From NCBI GenBank assembly GCA_041686235.1, contig JAWLED010000059.1, positions 1 through 18,098 of the forward strand: a DNA stretch of 18,098 nt, read 5' to 3'. Position numbers and translations under genes: made by a program. The notes under the pieces were generated by a model. That model had not been told where the DNA came from. It saw only the letters and a list, made by a program, of their open reading frames with translations, and made no database searches. The DNA comes from Spirochaetia bacterium (GTDB taxonomy: Bacteria; Spirochaetota; Spirochaetia; DSM-27196; PWMO01). Within the stretch, counting starts at the first letter, position 1; every line of letters starts with the position of its first letter. Shown here piece after piece: positions 1 to 7,247 of the stretch.

Positions 1-1
1 G

Positions 2-373
2 GAGGAAACGCGGGAAGCGTATGCCGCCGGCTATGCCGGTGTTGCTTTGAAGACCTGCAAGACGCAGACCGCAGCAATCTTGAGCGCGTGTTGGGCGCGC
101 GAAAACGGCATGCAGGTGTCGGTGCAGGATCTCACGAATCCTATGTTGGCGCAAATACCACATGTGTTACTTGCCGCCCACTTCTCGCCGGAGCTCGGCG
201 TGGAAAGCAATTCCATGCAGTTCTGCCCCGAAGCCTCTCGGGCGGAGGCACGGGTTCATCCATATCTCTATGACCGCCGAGACGGCATGCTCTGTCTCTC
301 GACCATAGGCGGTCCCGGTTTTGGATATCGGATCGAAGAGATCCGTAGGGAGCTTCCCGAGTGTGTTGCATGA
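2..373 (+). CDS. 3' end of an upstream gene (open from the window edge); hypothetical protein
   Basis: The frame is open from position 2 to TGA at 371-373 with no in-frame stop. Third-position G/C enrichment is consistent with coding. I recognise no motif. The gene ends 31 nt before the next gene start. Confidence 0.35.
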   Translation, partial: EETREAYAAGYAGVALKTCKTQTAAILSACWARENGMQVSVQDLTNPMLAQIPHVLLAAHFSPELGVESNSMQFCPEASRAEARVHPYLYDRRDGMLCLSTIGGPGFGYRIEEIRRELPECVA

Positions 374-404
374 GAGCGAACCTTCGCAGGAGGTTAGATA
401 TCCG

Positions 405-1295
405 ATGTACCTAACGGGCATAACCGACGAAGCGGCAGACAGCATCGAAGAGCAAATCGCGGTGTGTAAACACCTCGGCTGGCGGTGGATCGACCTTCGC
501 ACCGTCGACGGCACTAATGTCACCAACCTCAGCGATGCTCGGTTCGACCATTTGCTCGGGCAGCTCGACGATGCGGGGGTCCGGGTAAGCAGTTTCTGCG
601 GGGCCATCGCAAACTGGGGGCGCCGCATCGACGACCCTTTTGAAGTCGACCTCGAAGAGCTGAACCGCGCTATTCCGCGCATGCACCGTGCGGGTACCAC
701 GTATCTGCGAATAATGAGCTATCGGCCGGAGCCGGGCGCTGAGGCCGGAAAATGGAGCGACGCCGAGATCGAAAAAGAGGTTATCAGACGCGTGCGCGAG
801 ATTACTCGGCGGGCCGAAGACGGCGGAATAGTGTGCCTTCACGAAAACTGCGATACGTGGGGCGGACAGAGTTTCGAGCACACGTTGCGACTCTTGGACG
901 AGATCGACTCGAGCGCGTTTTCCCTTGTTTTCGATACGGGGAACCCGGTAGAAACCCTCGACAAACGCGCCGGTGCCTCGGGCCGATATCAAGATGCATA
1001 CGAGTTCTATAAAGCGGTTCGCGAGCATATCAGCTACGTGCACATCAAGGATGGGTATCGAGACGGCGAACAAACGATATACACCCAGCCCGGAGATGGG
1101 CACGCACGAATTGCGGAAATCCTGCGCGATCTACATCGACGAGGCTACGACGGGGGGGTGTCTATCGAGCCTCACGTTGCCGTGGTCCACCACGATCCTT
1201 CGGTAACCGCCGACGAGCAGGTCCGCCGGGATGCGTTTGTGGAGTACGCTCGCCGCACCAAGCGCTTGCTCGAGCAAGCGGGGTACGGAGGTTGA
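405..1295 (+). CDS. Sugar phosphate isomerase/epimerase, xylose-isomerase-like TIM barrel (IolE/IolI-like fold)
   Basis: The ORF 321..1295 begins with TTG; an internal ATG at 405 lies 11 nt after an AGGAGG box (388-393). The translation has a typical TIM-barrel AP-endonuclease/xylose-isomerase-like pattern (HIKD, metal-ligand E/D/H spacing, ~297 aa). Confidence 0.8.
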   Translation: MYLTGITDEAADSIEEQIAVCKHLGWRWIDLRTVDGTNVTNLSDARFDHLLGQLDDAGVRVSSFCGAIANWGRRIDDPFEVDLEELNRAIPRMHRAGTTYLRIMSYRPEPGAEAGKWSDAEIEKEVIRRVREITRRAEDGGIVCLHENCDTWGGQSFEHTLRLLDEIDSSAFSLVFDTGNPVETLDKRAGASGRYQDAYEFYKAVREHISYVHIKDGYRDGEQTIYTQPGDGHARIAEILRDLHRRGYDGGVSIEPHVAVVHHDPSVTADEQVRRDAFVEYARRTKRLLEQAGYGG

Positions 1296-1398
1296 AGCAG
1301 GATAGGTCGTTTAGAAAAGGGAACTTCGCGCGCCGCCTGCCGTGCGGTATGCTCGGACGGCGGTAGCGATTGAAGAAAAATCGTAGGGAGGTGTAGTT

Positions 1399-2424
1399 AT
1401 GAAGAAGGCACTAGTGCTCGTTCTTGCACTGATGCTCATCGCCGGAGCGGCGTTTGCTTCGGGCGAGGCCGAAGAGGAAGGGTACGAATGGCAACCTGAT
1501 CGGCCGATAAACCTGATCGTCCCGTGGGACGCGGGTGGCTCGACCGACCGTTCGGCACGGACGACCGCGGGAATCGTCGAAGAAGAGCTTGGCACGAGTA
1601 TTGTCATCGTCAACCAGGCCGGAGCCTCCGGCTCGGTCGGAACCCAAGAGGCCCTGAATGCCGAAAAAGACGGGCTGACCTGGACGGCCGGCGCGGTGAA
1701 AGACCTCGGGGTCTATAAGGTTCAGGGATTGCTGGACACGACCCTCGACGATTGGCATCTGTATCTCAACGTAGCAATGCCGAATGTGGTCTCGGTAAAC
1801 CCCGACACGCCGTACGAGGATTTCGGTGATCTCCTTGATGCGTTCGAGGAAAATCCCGGAGAGATCCCCGTTGCGACGGCCGGAGAAAACTCCGCGGGAC
1901 ACACCGCAATGGAGCTCATTAAGAGCTATACCGACATTGAATATCGTCATGTCACCTACGACGGCGGAAACCCCGCTGTTGTGGCGACGGTAGGCGGCGA
2001 GACCGATGTCGTGCCTCAACTGTCGGTTGAACAAGTGGATATGATTCGAAGCGGCGATCTTCGCCCGCTCGCAGTTCTTGCGGACAAGCCGCTCGAGATT
2101 TCCGGTTACGATGAGCCGATCCCGCCCATCACCGATTGGGTAGAGGATTTCCAGGCGGCACCGATCTATTTCGGCATTTTCGTGCCGAAGGGCGTACCTG
2201 ATGAGGTAGTTAACACGCTCGATCAGATCTGGGAAGATGTCGTTATGGATTCCGACGAGCTTCGCGAGTGGGCCGCCGAAAACGCGGTCGTCTTTGACCC
2301 GGTTTACGGCGAAGAGGCGTTCGAAAAATCCTTCCCGATGGTCCAAATCGATGCATGGCTCAAGTGGGACTCCGGCGATGCTGAGGTTGAACCGTCGGAA
2401 GTTGATATCCCGAGACCCGAATAA
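1399..2424 (+). CDS. tctC: Tripartite tricarboxylate transporter substrate-binding protein (TctC/Bug family), secreted
   Basis: GGGAGG lies 8 nt upstream of the ATG. The N-terminus is a signal peptide (MKKALVLVLALMLIAGAAFA). The PWDAGGSTD motif is characteristic of the TctC/Bug periplasmic binding fold; length is ~341 aa. Confidence 0.85.
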   Translation: MKKALVLVLALMLIAGAAFASGEAEEEGYEWQPDRPINLIVPWDAGGSTDRSARTTAGIVEEELGTSIVIVNQAGASGSVGTQEALNAEKDGLTWTAGAVKDLGVYKVQGLLDTTLDDWHLYLNVAMPNVVSVNPDTPYEDFGDLLDAFEENPGEIPVATAGENSAGHTAMELIKSYTDIEYRHVTYDGGNPAVVATVGGETDVVPQLSVEQVDMIRSGDLRPLAVLADKPLEISGYDEPIPPITDWVEDFQAAPIYFGIFVPKGVPDEVVNTLDQIWEDVVMDSDELREWAAENAVVFDPVYGEEAFEKSFPMVQIDAWLKWDSGDAEVEPSEVDIPRPE

Positions 2425-2444
2425 CGTGCAATTGTTATAACTCC

Positions 2445-2474
2445 GCGGCGCTCGGTTTTCTCTCCGGGCGCCGC
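2445..2474 (+). promoter_or_regulatory. GC-rich intercistronic stem-loop between tctC and tctB (11-bp stem with one G.U, 8-nt loop), no U-tract
   Basis: 5' arm gcggcgctcgg (2445-2455) pairs with 3' arm ccgggcgccgc (2464-2474); the loop is ttttctct. It is followed by an AGAGG RBS for tctB rather than a U-run. The placement is typical of an mRNA stabiliser or partial attenuator that gives the binding protein higher expression than the permeases. Confidence 0.4.
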
Positions 2475-2493
2475 TCTGCGTAAGAGGTAAGGC

Positions 2494-3027
2494 ATGACCG
2501 AGACAAAGGAGAAACGACGGCCTGAAATGCCGAAGGCCGACTTCGTTACTTCACTGGTGTTGCTTGCATTCAGTGTTGCAGTCGTTCTGTTATCCACGAG
2601 ACTACCGCGACTCGAGCATCGAGACATAAACCAATGGACGATACCGGGGCTGGTTCCGGGGCTCATCGGGACCATAATCGGGATAATGGCCATCGTGCTC
2701 CTGTTGCGCTCTCTCAGATACGGAGGGCATCACCTCGGATTGACACGACGGCGCCTACGCTCGTTTACCGAGATGACGCAGGTACGGCGGGCGGGGGCAA
2801 CCCTGGTAATCTCTCTCTTTTATGCGCTGGTGCTCATCGGTCTCGTGCCCTATGCGGTGGGGACGTTTTTGTTCGTGTTTCTCTTCATTCTTCTTTTCAC
2901 CTATGAAAGAAGTGTCCCGATACGTGAACAGCGCAAAAAGGTACTGGTGGCTGCAGTGGAAGCGGTGATCGTTTCGGCGGCCGTTGCTTCACTATTTCAG
3001 TACGTATTTCTGGTACGCTTGCCATAA
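2494..3027 (+). CDS. tctB: Tripartite tricarboxylate transporter small membrane subunit TctB
   Basis: 177 aa, four hydrophobic helices, AGAGG RBS. It sits between tctC and tctA, the canonical position of tctB. Confidence 0.7.
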   Translation: MTETKEKRRPEMPKADFVTSLVLLAFSVAVVLLSTRLPRLEHRDINQWTIPGLVPGLIGTIIGIMAIVLLLRSLRYGGHHLGLTRRRLRSFTEMTQVRRAGATLVISLFYALVLIGLVPYAVGTFLFVFLFILLFTYERSVPIREQRKKVLVAAVEAVIVSAAVASLFQYVFLVRLP

Positions 3028-3041
3028 AGGAAGTATAGAGT

Positions 3042-4604
3042 ATGTTGGAAGGCCTGGGATACTTTTTCGACGCGATAATAGAGTTTGCGACCCTAGGAAC
3101 CATATTCAATGTGCTGTGGGCGACCCAATTGGGAATCATCGTTGGGATGCTGCCCGGGCTCACCGCAACGATGGGCATTGCCCTCATGACCACGTTGACG
3201 TTCAAACTGCCCCCGAACGATGCCGTGCTTATCCTCGTGTGCATGTACATCGGGGCGATCTACGGAGGCGGGCGCAGCGCAATACTGCTGAACATACCCG
3301 GAACTCCGGCGAATGCAGCTACGGCGGTCGACGGCAACCCCCTCGCACGCCAGGGAAAGGCAGGGCAGGCAATCGGGATTGCCACCACCGGATCATTCAT
3401 CGGGTCGATCATCGGGATGCTTCTCTTGGCCACGATCACCCCGGCGCTCGGCAATTTTGCACTGCGTTTCCAATCGTTCGAGTTTTTCTGGCTTGCCGTA
3501 TTCGGCGTCGTCATCAGCGGAAACCTCACTGCCCCGAAAGACCCGCTCAAGGGGTGGATGGCCGGATTCCTCGGCTTGTTCGTTGCCATGATCGGCATGG
3601 AAAGCATACATGCGGTCGTGCGCTTCTCGTTTGGACAGGTTCAACTCTCCGGCGGGGTAAACCTGATTCCGGCGATGGTCGGAGCATTCGGCTTCTCGGA
3701 AGTCATCATGATGATGAAATACAAACGGGTAGACGTCATCCAAAGCGAGATAGCCAAGGTGCTTCCGAAACCAAGAGATGTGTATCGGCACTGGAAAACC
3801 ATATTTCGTTCCGGTGTAATCGGCACCTTTGTCGGTGCGGTACCCGGAGTGGGAGAGGATATCGGCGCGTGGGTCAGCTATGACTTCGCTCGTCGTGCAA
3901 GCAAGCATCCCGAAGAGTACGGACACGGTAGCTACGAGGGCATGATTTCGGCGGAAATAGGAAACAACGCGGCCGTCGCCGGCGCGATGATTCCCGTGTT
4001 ATCGCTTGCAATTCCCGGTTCTGCCCCGGCGGCGGTTCTACTGGCCGCCATGTTCATCCACGGTGTGAGACCGGGACCGATGATCATGACGGAAAACCCG
4101 AGTTTCGTATTCACCGTTGTTGCGATGGTGTTTTTGGCCACCTGCGCCATGTTTGTTCTGGGGCTCAGTATGGTCAAGGGGCTTGTAAAAGTCCTTCAGG
4201 TACCGAGAGACAAACTCATGCCCATTGTGTTTGTTCTGTGCGTAATCGGCTCGTTCGCGGTTCAGCAGCGTCTCTTCGACGTGTGGGTCATGGTAGCTTT
4301 CGGCGTCCTCGGATATCTCATGAAAGAAATGGACTACCCGGTTGCGCCGATGGTACTGGGCATCATTCTCGGAGACATTCTCGATCCGAATCTGCGCCGG
4401 TCGCTCGTTGTAACGGACGGCAACTTGCTTCCGTTCTTTACACGTCCGATTTCCGGAGTATTGGTGGCGCTGATTGTGTTCACTATGATAAGCAGATCGC
4501 ACTGGTTTATCGCGATAAGACGCAGTGCATTCGCCGGTGTCCGCTCAGTGTTTGTCCGATCACGGAGCGGTGATCGAGACGATGGTCCTGAAAATCGCAG
4601 CTAA
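3042..4604 (+). CDS. tctA: Tripartite tricarboxylate transporter large permease TctA
   Basis: 520-aa polytopic membrane protein. The start lies 14 nt after the tctB stop. The translation shows the TctA-family repeated-half architecture with Gly-rich helices. Confidence 0.85.
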   Translation: MLEGLGYFFDAIIEFATLGTIFNVLWATQLGIIVGMLPGLTATMGIALMTTLTFKLPPNDAVLILVCMYIGAIYGGGRSAILLNIPGTPANAATAVDGNPLARQGKAGQAIGIATTGSFIGSIIGMLLLATITPALGNFALRFQSFEFFWLAVFGVVISGNLTAPKDPLKGWMAGFLGLFVAMIGMESIHAVVRFSFGQVQLSGGVNLIPAMVGAFGFSEVIMMMKYKRVDVIQSEIAKVLPKPRDVYRHWKTIFRSGVIGTFVGAVPGVGEDIGAWVSYDFARRASKHPEEYGHGSYEGMISAEIGNNAAVAGAMIPVLSLAIPGSAPAAVLLAAMFIHGVRPGPMIMTENPSFVFTVVAMVFLATCAMFVLGLSMVKGLVKVLQVPRDKLMPIVFVLCVIGSFAVQQRLFDVWVMVAFGVLGYLMKEMDYPVAPMVLGIILGDILDPNLRRSLVVTDGNLLPFFTRPISGVLVALIVFTMISRSHWFIAIRRSAFAGVRSVFVRSRSGDRDDGPENRS

Positions 4605-4615
4605 GGAGCATGGAA

Positions 4616-5797
4616 ATGGCACAAAGGAAAATTCGTGCGGGTATCGTCGGATCGGGCTTCTCCGCCCGTTTTCACGTAGAAGCGCTCGAGCGCGTTTACA
4701 GTACCAACGTCGAGCTCGTAGGCGTATACTCTCCAACATCCGAACATAAGCAACAATTTGCCGACGCCCACGGCATAACCGCTTTCTCAACGCTCGAAGA
4801 GCTTGTCCAGGCGGTCAACGTGGTGCACGTGTGCACCCCTCCCGCGACCCATGAGCCGGTCGCGGTTGCCGCTCTCGAGGCCGGGCGATGCGTCATTATC
4901 GAAAAACCCTTTACCGGATACTTCGGCGACGGGAGCAAAGGTTTCTCCGGTGACACGTTTCCCCGCGAACACGGACTTTCCGGCGCACTTTCCTCAATCG
5001 AACGCCTGAGACAGGCAGAAGAGCGCTCAGACGGCATGATCTTGTATGCAGAAAACTGGGTCTATGCGCCGGCCGTACAGAAGGAACGGGAAATCATCGA
5101 AAAGACCGGCGCACAGCTGCTGTGGATGCACGGAGAGGAAGCCCATTCGGGCTCCCACTCGAAGTACTACGGCATTTGGGCCCACTCCGGTGGCGGGGCG
5201 ATCATGGGGAAGGGTGTGCATCCGCTCGGTGCGGCGCTCTATTTGAAGAAAGTGGAAGGACGGATGCGCGGAGGCGGTCCGATCCGGCCCAAGAGCGTCA
5301 GCGCCCATACGCACGCGGTCACGCGCGCGTCCAATTACGAGGATGCAGGATTTCTCCGCACCGGCTATACCGATATCGAGGATTTCGGCCACGTACATGT
5401 CGTCTTCGAGGACGGCACGTTTGCCGACATATTTGCCTCAGAGTTAGTACATGGGGGCGTGCACAATTGGATCGAGGTTAATGCCAACAATCATCGCACC
5501 ATCTGTAATATCAATCCCAATACCGCAATGCAGACCTATAACCCGAGCGAATCACAATTCGACGATATCTACGTAGTGGAGAAAACCGGCACAAAACAGG
5601 GGTGGGCGTTTACCTCGCCGGATGAGGACTGGTTTACCGGCTATCAGCATGAGATGGAGGCATTCTATCGCAATGTTGCAGAGGGCTCACAACCCGAGTC
5701 CGACGGGCGCCTTGCCGGAGACATTATCGCAGTGGTATATGCCGCCTACCTTTCTGCAGAGAAGCAAGGTCAAGCAGTAGACGTACCGCAGGTGTGA
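4616..5797 (+). CDS. Gfo/Idh/MocA family NAD(P)-dependent oxidoreductase
   Basis: The N-terminal Rossmann motif IRAGIVGSGFSARFH and the EKP motif (IIEKPF) are typical of Gfo/Idh/MocA. AAGGAG at 4603-4608 is 7 nt from the ATG at 4616; the ATG at 4610 is too close to the SD. Length is ~393 aa. Confidence 0.8.
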   Translation: MAQRKIRAGIVGSGFSARFHVEALERVYSTNVELVGVYSPTSEHKQQFADAHGITAFSTLEELVQAVNVVHVCTPPATHEPVAVAALEAGRCVIIEKPFTGYFGDGSKGFSGDTFPREHGLSGALSSIERLRQAEERSDGMILYAENWVYAPAVQKEREIIEKTGAQLLWMHGEEAHSGSHSKYYGIWAHSGGGAIMGKGVHPLGAALYLKKVEGRMRGGGPIRPKSVSAHTHAVTRASNYEDAGFLRTGYTDIEDFGHVHVVFEDGTFADIFASELVHGGVHNWIEVNANNHRTICNINPNTAMQTYNPSESQFDDIYVVEKTGTKQGWAFTSPDEDWFTGYQHEMEAFYRNVAEGSQPESDGRLAGDIIAVVYAAYLSAEKQGQAVDVPQV

Positions 5798-6702
5798 CAA
5801 GCTCGAATCTGTCTGCGCTGAAACGCTATTCAACCCCGGCCGTTGCGCCGGTGCTCTGGGGCGGCGCGCTCGTAGCCGGACGCGTCGTCTCAGCCGACCT
5901 TCCACCTATCACGATCACATGGGTACGGTTCGTGCTCGTGGGCCTACTCTTAGTACCAGTATTGTGGATACGCGAAGGACGGTTCCCGCGACCTCGGCGA
6001 ACGGATCTTGTGGCGCTCGTGCTTCTCAGCCTCACGGGCGTGGTCGTATTCAATCTGCTTTTGTTCTCTGGACTACAAACGGTAACTGCGGTGAGAAGTT
6101 CCGTTATCATTGCGCTCGGCCCGTCGGTCGTGGCGTTGTTATTGGTGGTGTTTTTTCACGAACGGGCGGAACGGAATACGGTTTTCGGCATTGCGGTGGC
6201 CTTTGCCGGAGCGGTGGTTACGATTACCAATGGCCGGCCGACTCACATATTGGCCGGTGGTATTTCGGTGGGAGATGCCTATCTCCTCGGGTGTGTGTTC
6301 TCATGGGCGATATACACGATCATCGCCCGCTACGCGATTCGCAACCTCTCATCTCTGTCGGTACTTACCTATTCCTCGATACTCGGTGCCGCAATGCTGA
6401 CTCCGGTTGCCGTGCGCGCTGATATCGCGGCGGAAGTTGCCGGGGCTACGCCACAGGCGTGGGTGGCGCTTGCGTATCTCGTGTTTGGAGCGGCAGGGTT
6501 TGCCTATCTCATGTATTATGAGGGTATCCGCCTGGTAGGCCCAAATCGGGCAGCAGTCTTCTTGAATTTAGAGCCGGTTTCTGCTATCTTTTTAGGCGTC
6601 GTGTTGCTGGGAGAGGCCCTGACGCCGCCGGTACTCATTGGTGCGGCATTGGTTATTTTGGGACTCTACCTGGTCAACCGACGGAAAGCGGCGAGTTCGT
6701 AA
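5794..6702 (+). CDS. EamA/DMT-superfamily permease (10-TM drug/metabolite transporter)
   Basis: A GTG start overlaps the oxidoreductase stop (GTGA, 4-nt overlap). The protein is 302 aa with two EamA-like 5-TM halves. The exact start is uncertain. Confidence 0.65.
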   Translation: MTSSNLSALKRYSTPAVAPVLWGGALVAGRVVSADLPPITITWVRFVLVGLLLVPVLWIREGRFPRPRRTDLVALVLLSLTGVVVFNLLLFSGLQTVTAVRSSVIIALGPSVVALLLVVFFHERAERNTVFGIAVAFAGAVVTITNGRPTHILAGGISVGDAYLLGCVFSWAIYTIIARYAIRNLSSLSVLTYSSILGAAMLTPVAVRADIAAEVAGATPQAWVALAYLVFGAAGFAYLMYYEGIRLVGPNRAAVFLNLEPVSAIFLGVVLLGEALTPPVLIGAALVILGLYLVNRRKAASS

Positions 6703-6734
6703 AGCAGCTGGACGACTGTCTATGTCCAGCTCTT

Positions 6735-6792
6735 AAAAAAGGGCGGGCGCGGCCCCACCGTAGCAGATAGAGCGGCGCGCCCGTCTCTCGTT
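6735..6792. terminator. Candidate bidirectional intrinsic terminator between the convergent EamA gene (+) and the sORF (-)
   Basis: An all-G/C 8-bp stem, cgggcgcg (6744-6751) with cgcgcccg (6776-6783). On the minus-strand RNA it is followed by ccc + UUUUUU (plus-strand A-run 6735-6740). On the plus strand it is followed by a U-rich tctctcgtt. The loop is long (24 nt), so confidence is modest. Confidence 0.35.
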
Positions 6793-6845
6793 ACCTGTTG
6801 GCGACCGTCACTCGAGGCGTGTTGAGCACGGTCACCGGCCCGCTG

Positions 6846-6974
6846 TTACATTTCCTGTTCTTGCTCGAGTTCCTGACCCTCTTCAGGGAGCTCACTCTCG
6901 TCGATGGGCTCACAACCCATAAGAGCAACACCAAACAACAGCGGAACAATAAGAAACAACGCTAGCTTTTTCAT
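6846..6974 (-). CDS. Unannotated small lipoprotein (42 aa): signal peptide + lipobox + 22-aa highly acidic mature peptide
   Basis: My reverse-complement translation gives MKKLALFLIVPLLFGVALMGCEPIDESELPEEGQELEQEQEM, ending at a TAA stop. A strong SD (GGGAGGAGG, plus 6981-6989) sits 6 nt before the ATG. The n-region (MKK), hydrophobic h-region and L-M-G-C lipobox fit PROSITE-type lipoprotein rules. It is below the 61-aa cutoff of the ORF track. Confidence 0.55.
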   Translation of the reverse strand: MKKLALFLIVPLLFGVALMGCEPIDESELPEEGQELEQEQEM

Positions 6975-7196
6975 AACGGTCCTCCTCCCGTTTAGTTGAT
7001 ATCTTTAATCTAACCGACGCGTGCAAAGGGCGTGTCCACGTATCATGAAGTGTTTGTGAAGCTCGCTGTGCTCGTGGACGACGGTTTCCGGCCCTCCCCA
7101 CACGCCCCGGGCCGGTGTCTCCCGGCGTGACGGCACCTTCTTTTAACAGCTCGTTGATATTGCTTAACGTTTCGCCGACAGAATCTTAACAATCCC

Positions 7197-7226
7197 TTGA
7201 CAAACCCGGTCTTGTGGCCTCATTTT
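7197..7226 (+). promoter_or_regulatory. Putative sigma70-type promoter for the aminopeptidase gene (perfect -35 TTGACA, weak -10 cATttT after 18 nt)
   Basis: TTGACA is at 7197-7202 and CATTTT at 7221-7226. The ATG at 7248 lies ~15-20 nt downstream of the predicted TSS. The TTG that the ORF track used as a start is this -35 box. Confidence 0.25.
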
Positions 7227-7247
7227 AGAAACCGGCAGGGTGTTGGA

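Noticed and set aside
411-1103. Long antisense ORFs overlapping confident genes (e.g. 411..1103-, 1411..2346-, 2984..3883+, 4038..4502-, 9612..10011-, 14234..15106+, 15558..16490+, 16373..17008+, 16680..17225-, 17015..17536+)
   Set aside because: In a ~62% GC genome stop codons are rare in non-coding frames. These ORFs lack SD boxes, are Arg/Pro/Gly-rich in the manner typical of out-of-frame GC-rich translation, and every one overlaps a gene with clear family motifs on the other strand or frame.
6706-6731. Perfect 8-bp hairpin agctggac-N10-gtccagct right after the EamA stop, considered as the plus-strand terminator
   Set aside because: It is followed by an A-run on the plus strand and preceded (not followed) by the U-run on the minus strand, so it does not fit an intrinsic terminator in either direction. 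The adjacent GC stem with a flanking T6 is the better terminator candidate.
7087-7116. Inverted repeat tccggccc-N14-gggccgg in the region upstream of the sORF
   Set aside because: The stem is only 7-8 bp with a 14-nt loop and has no adjacent U-tract. It lies in a GC-rich spacer where such chance palindromes are common.
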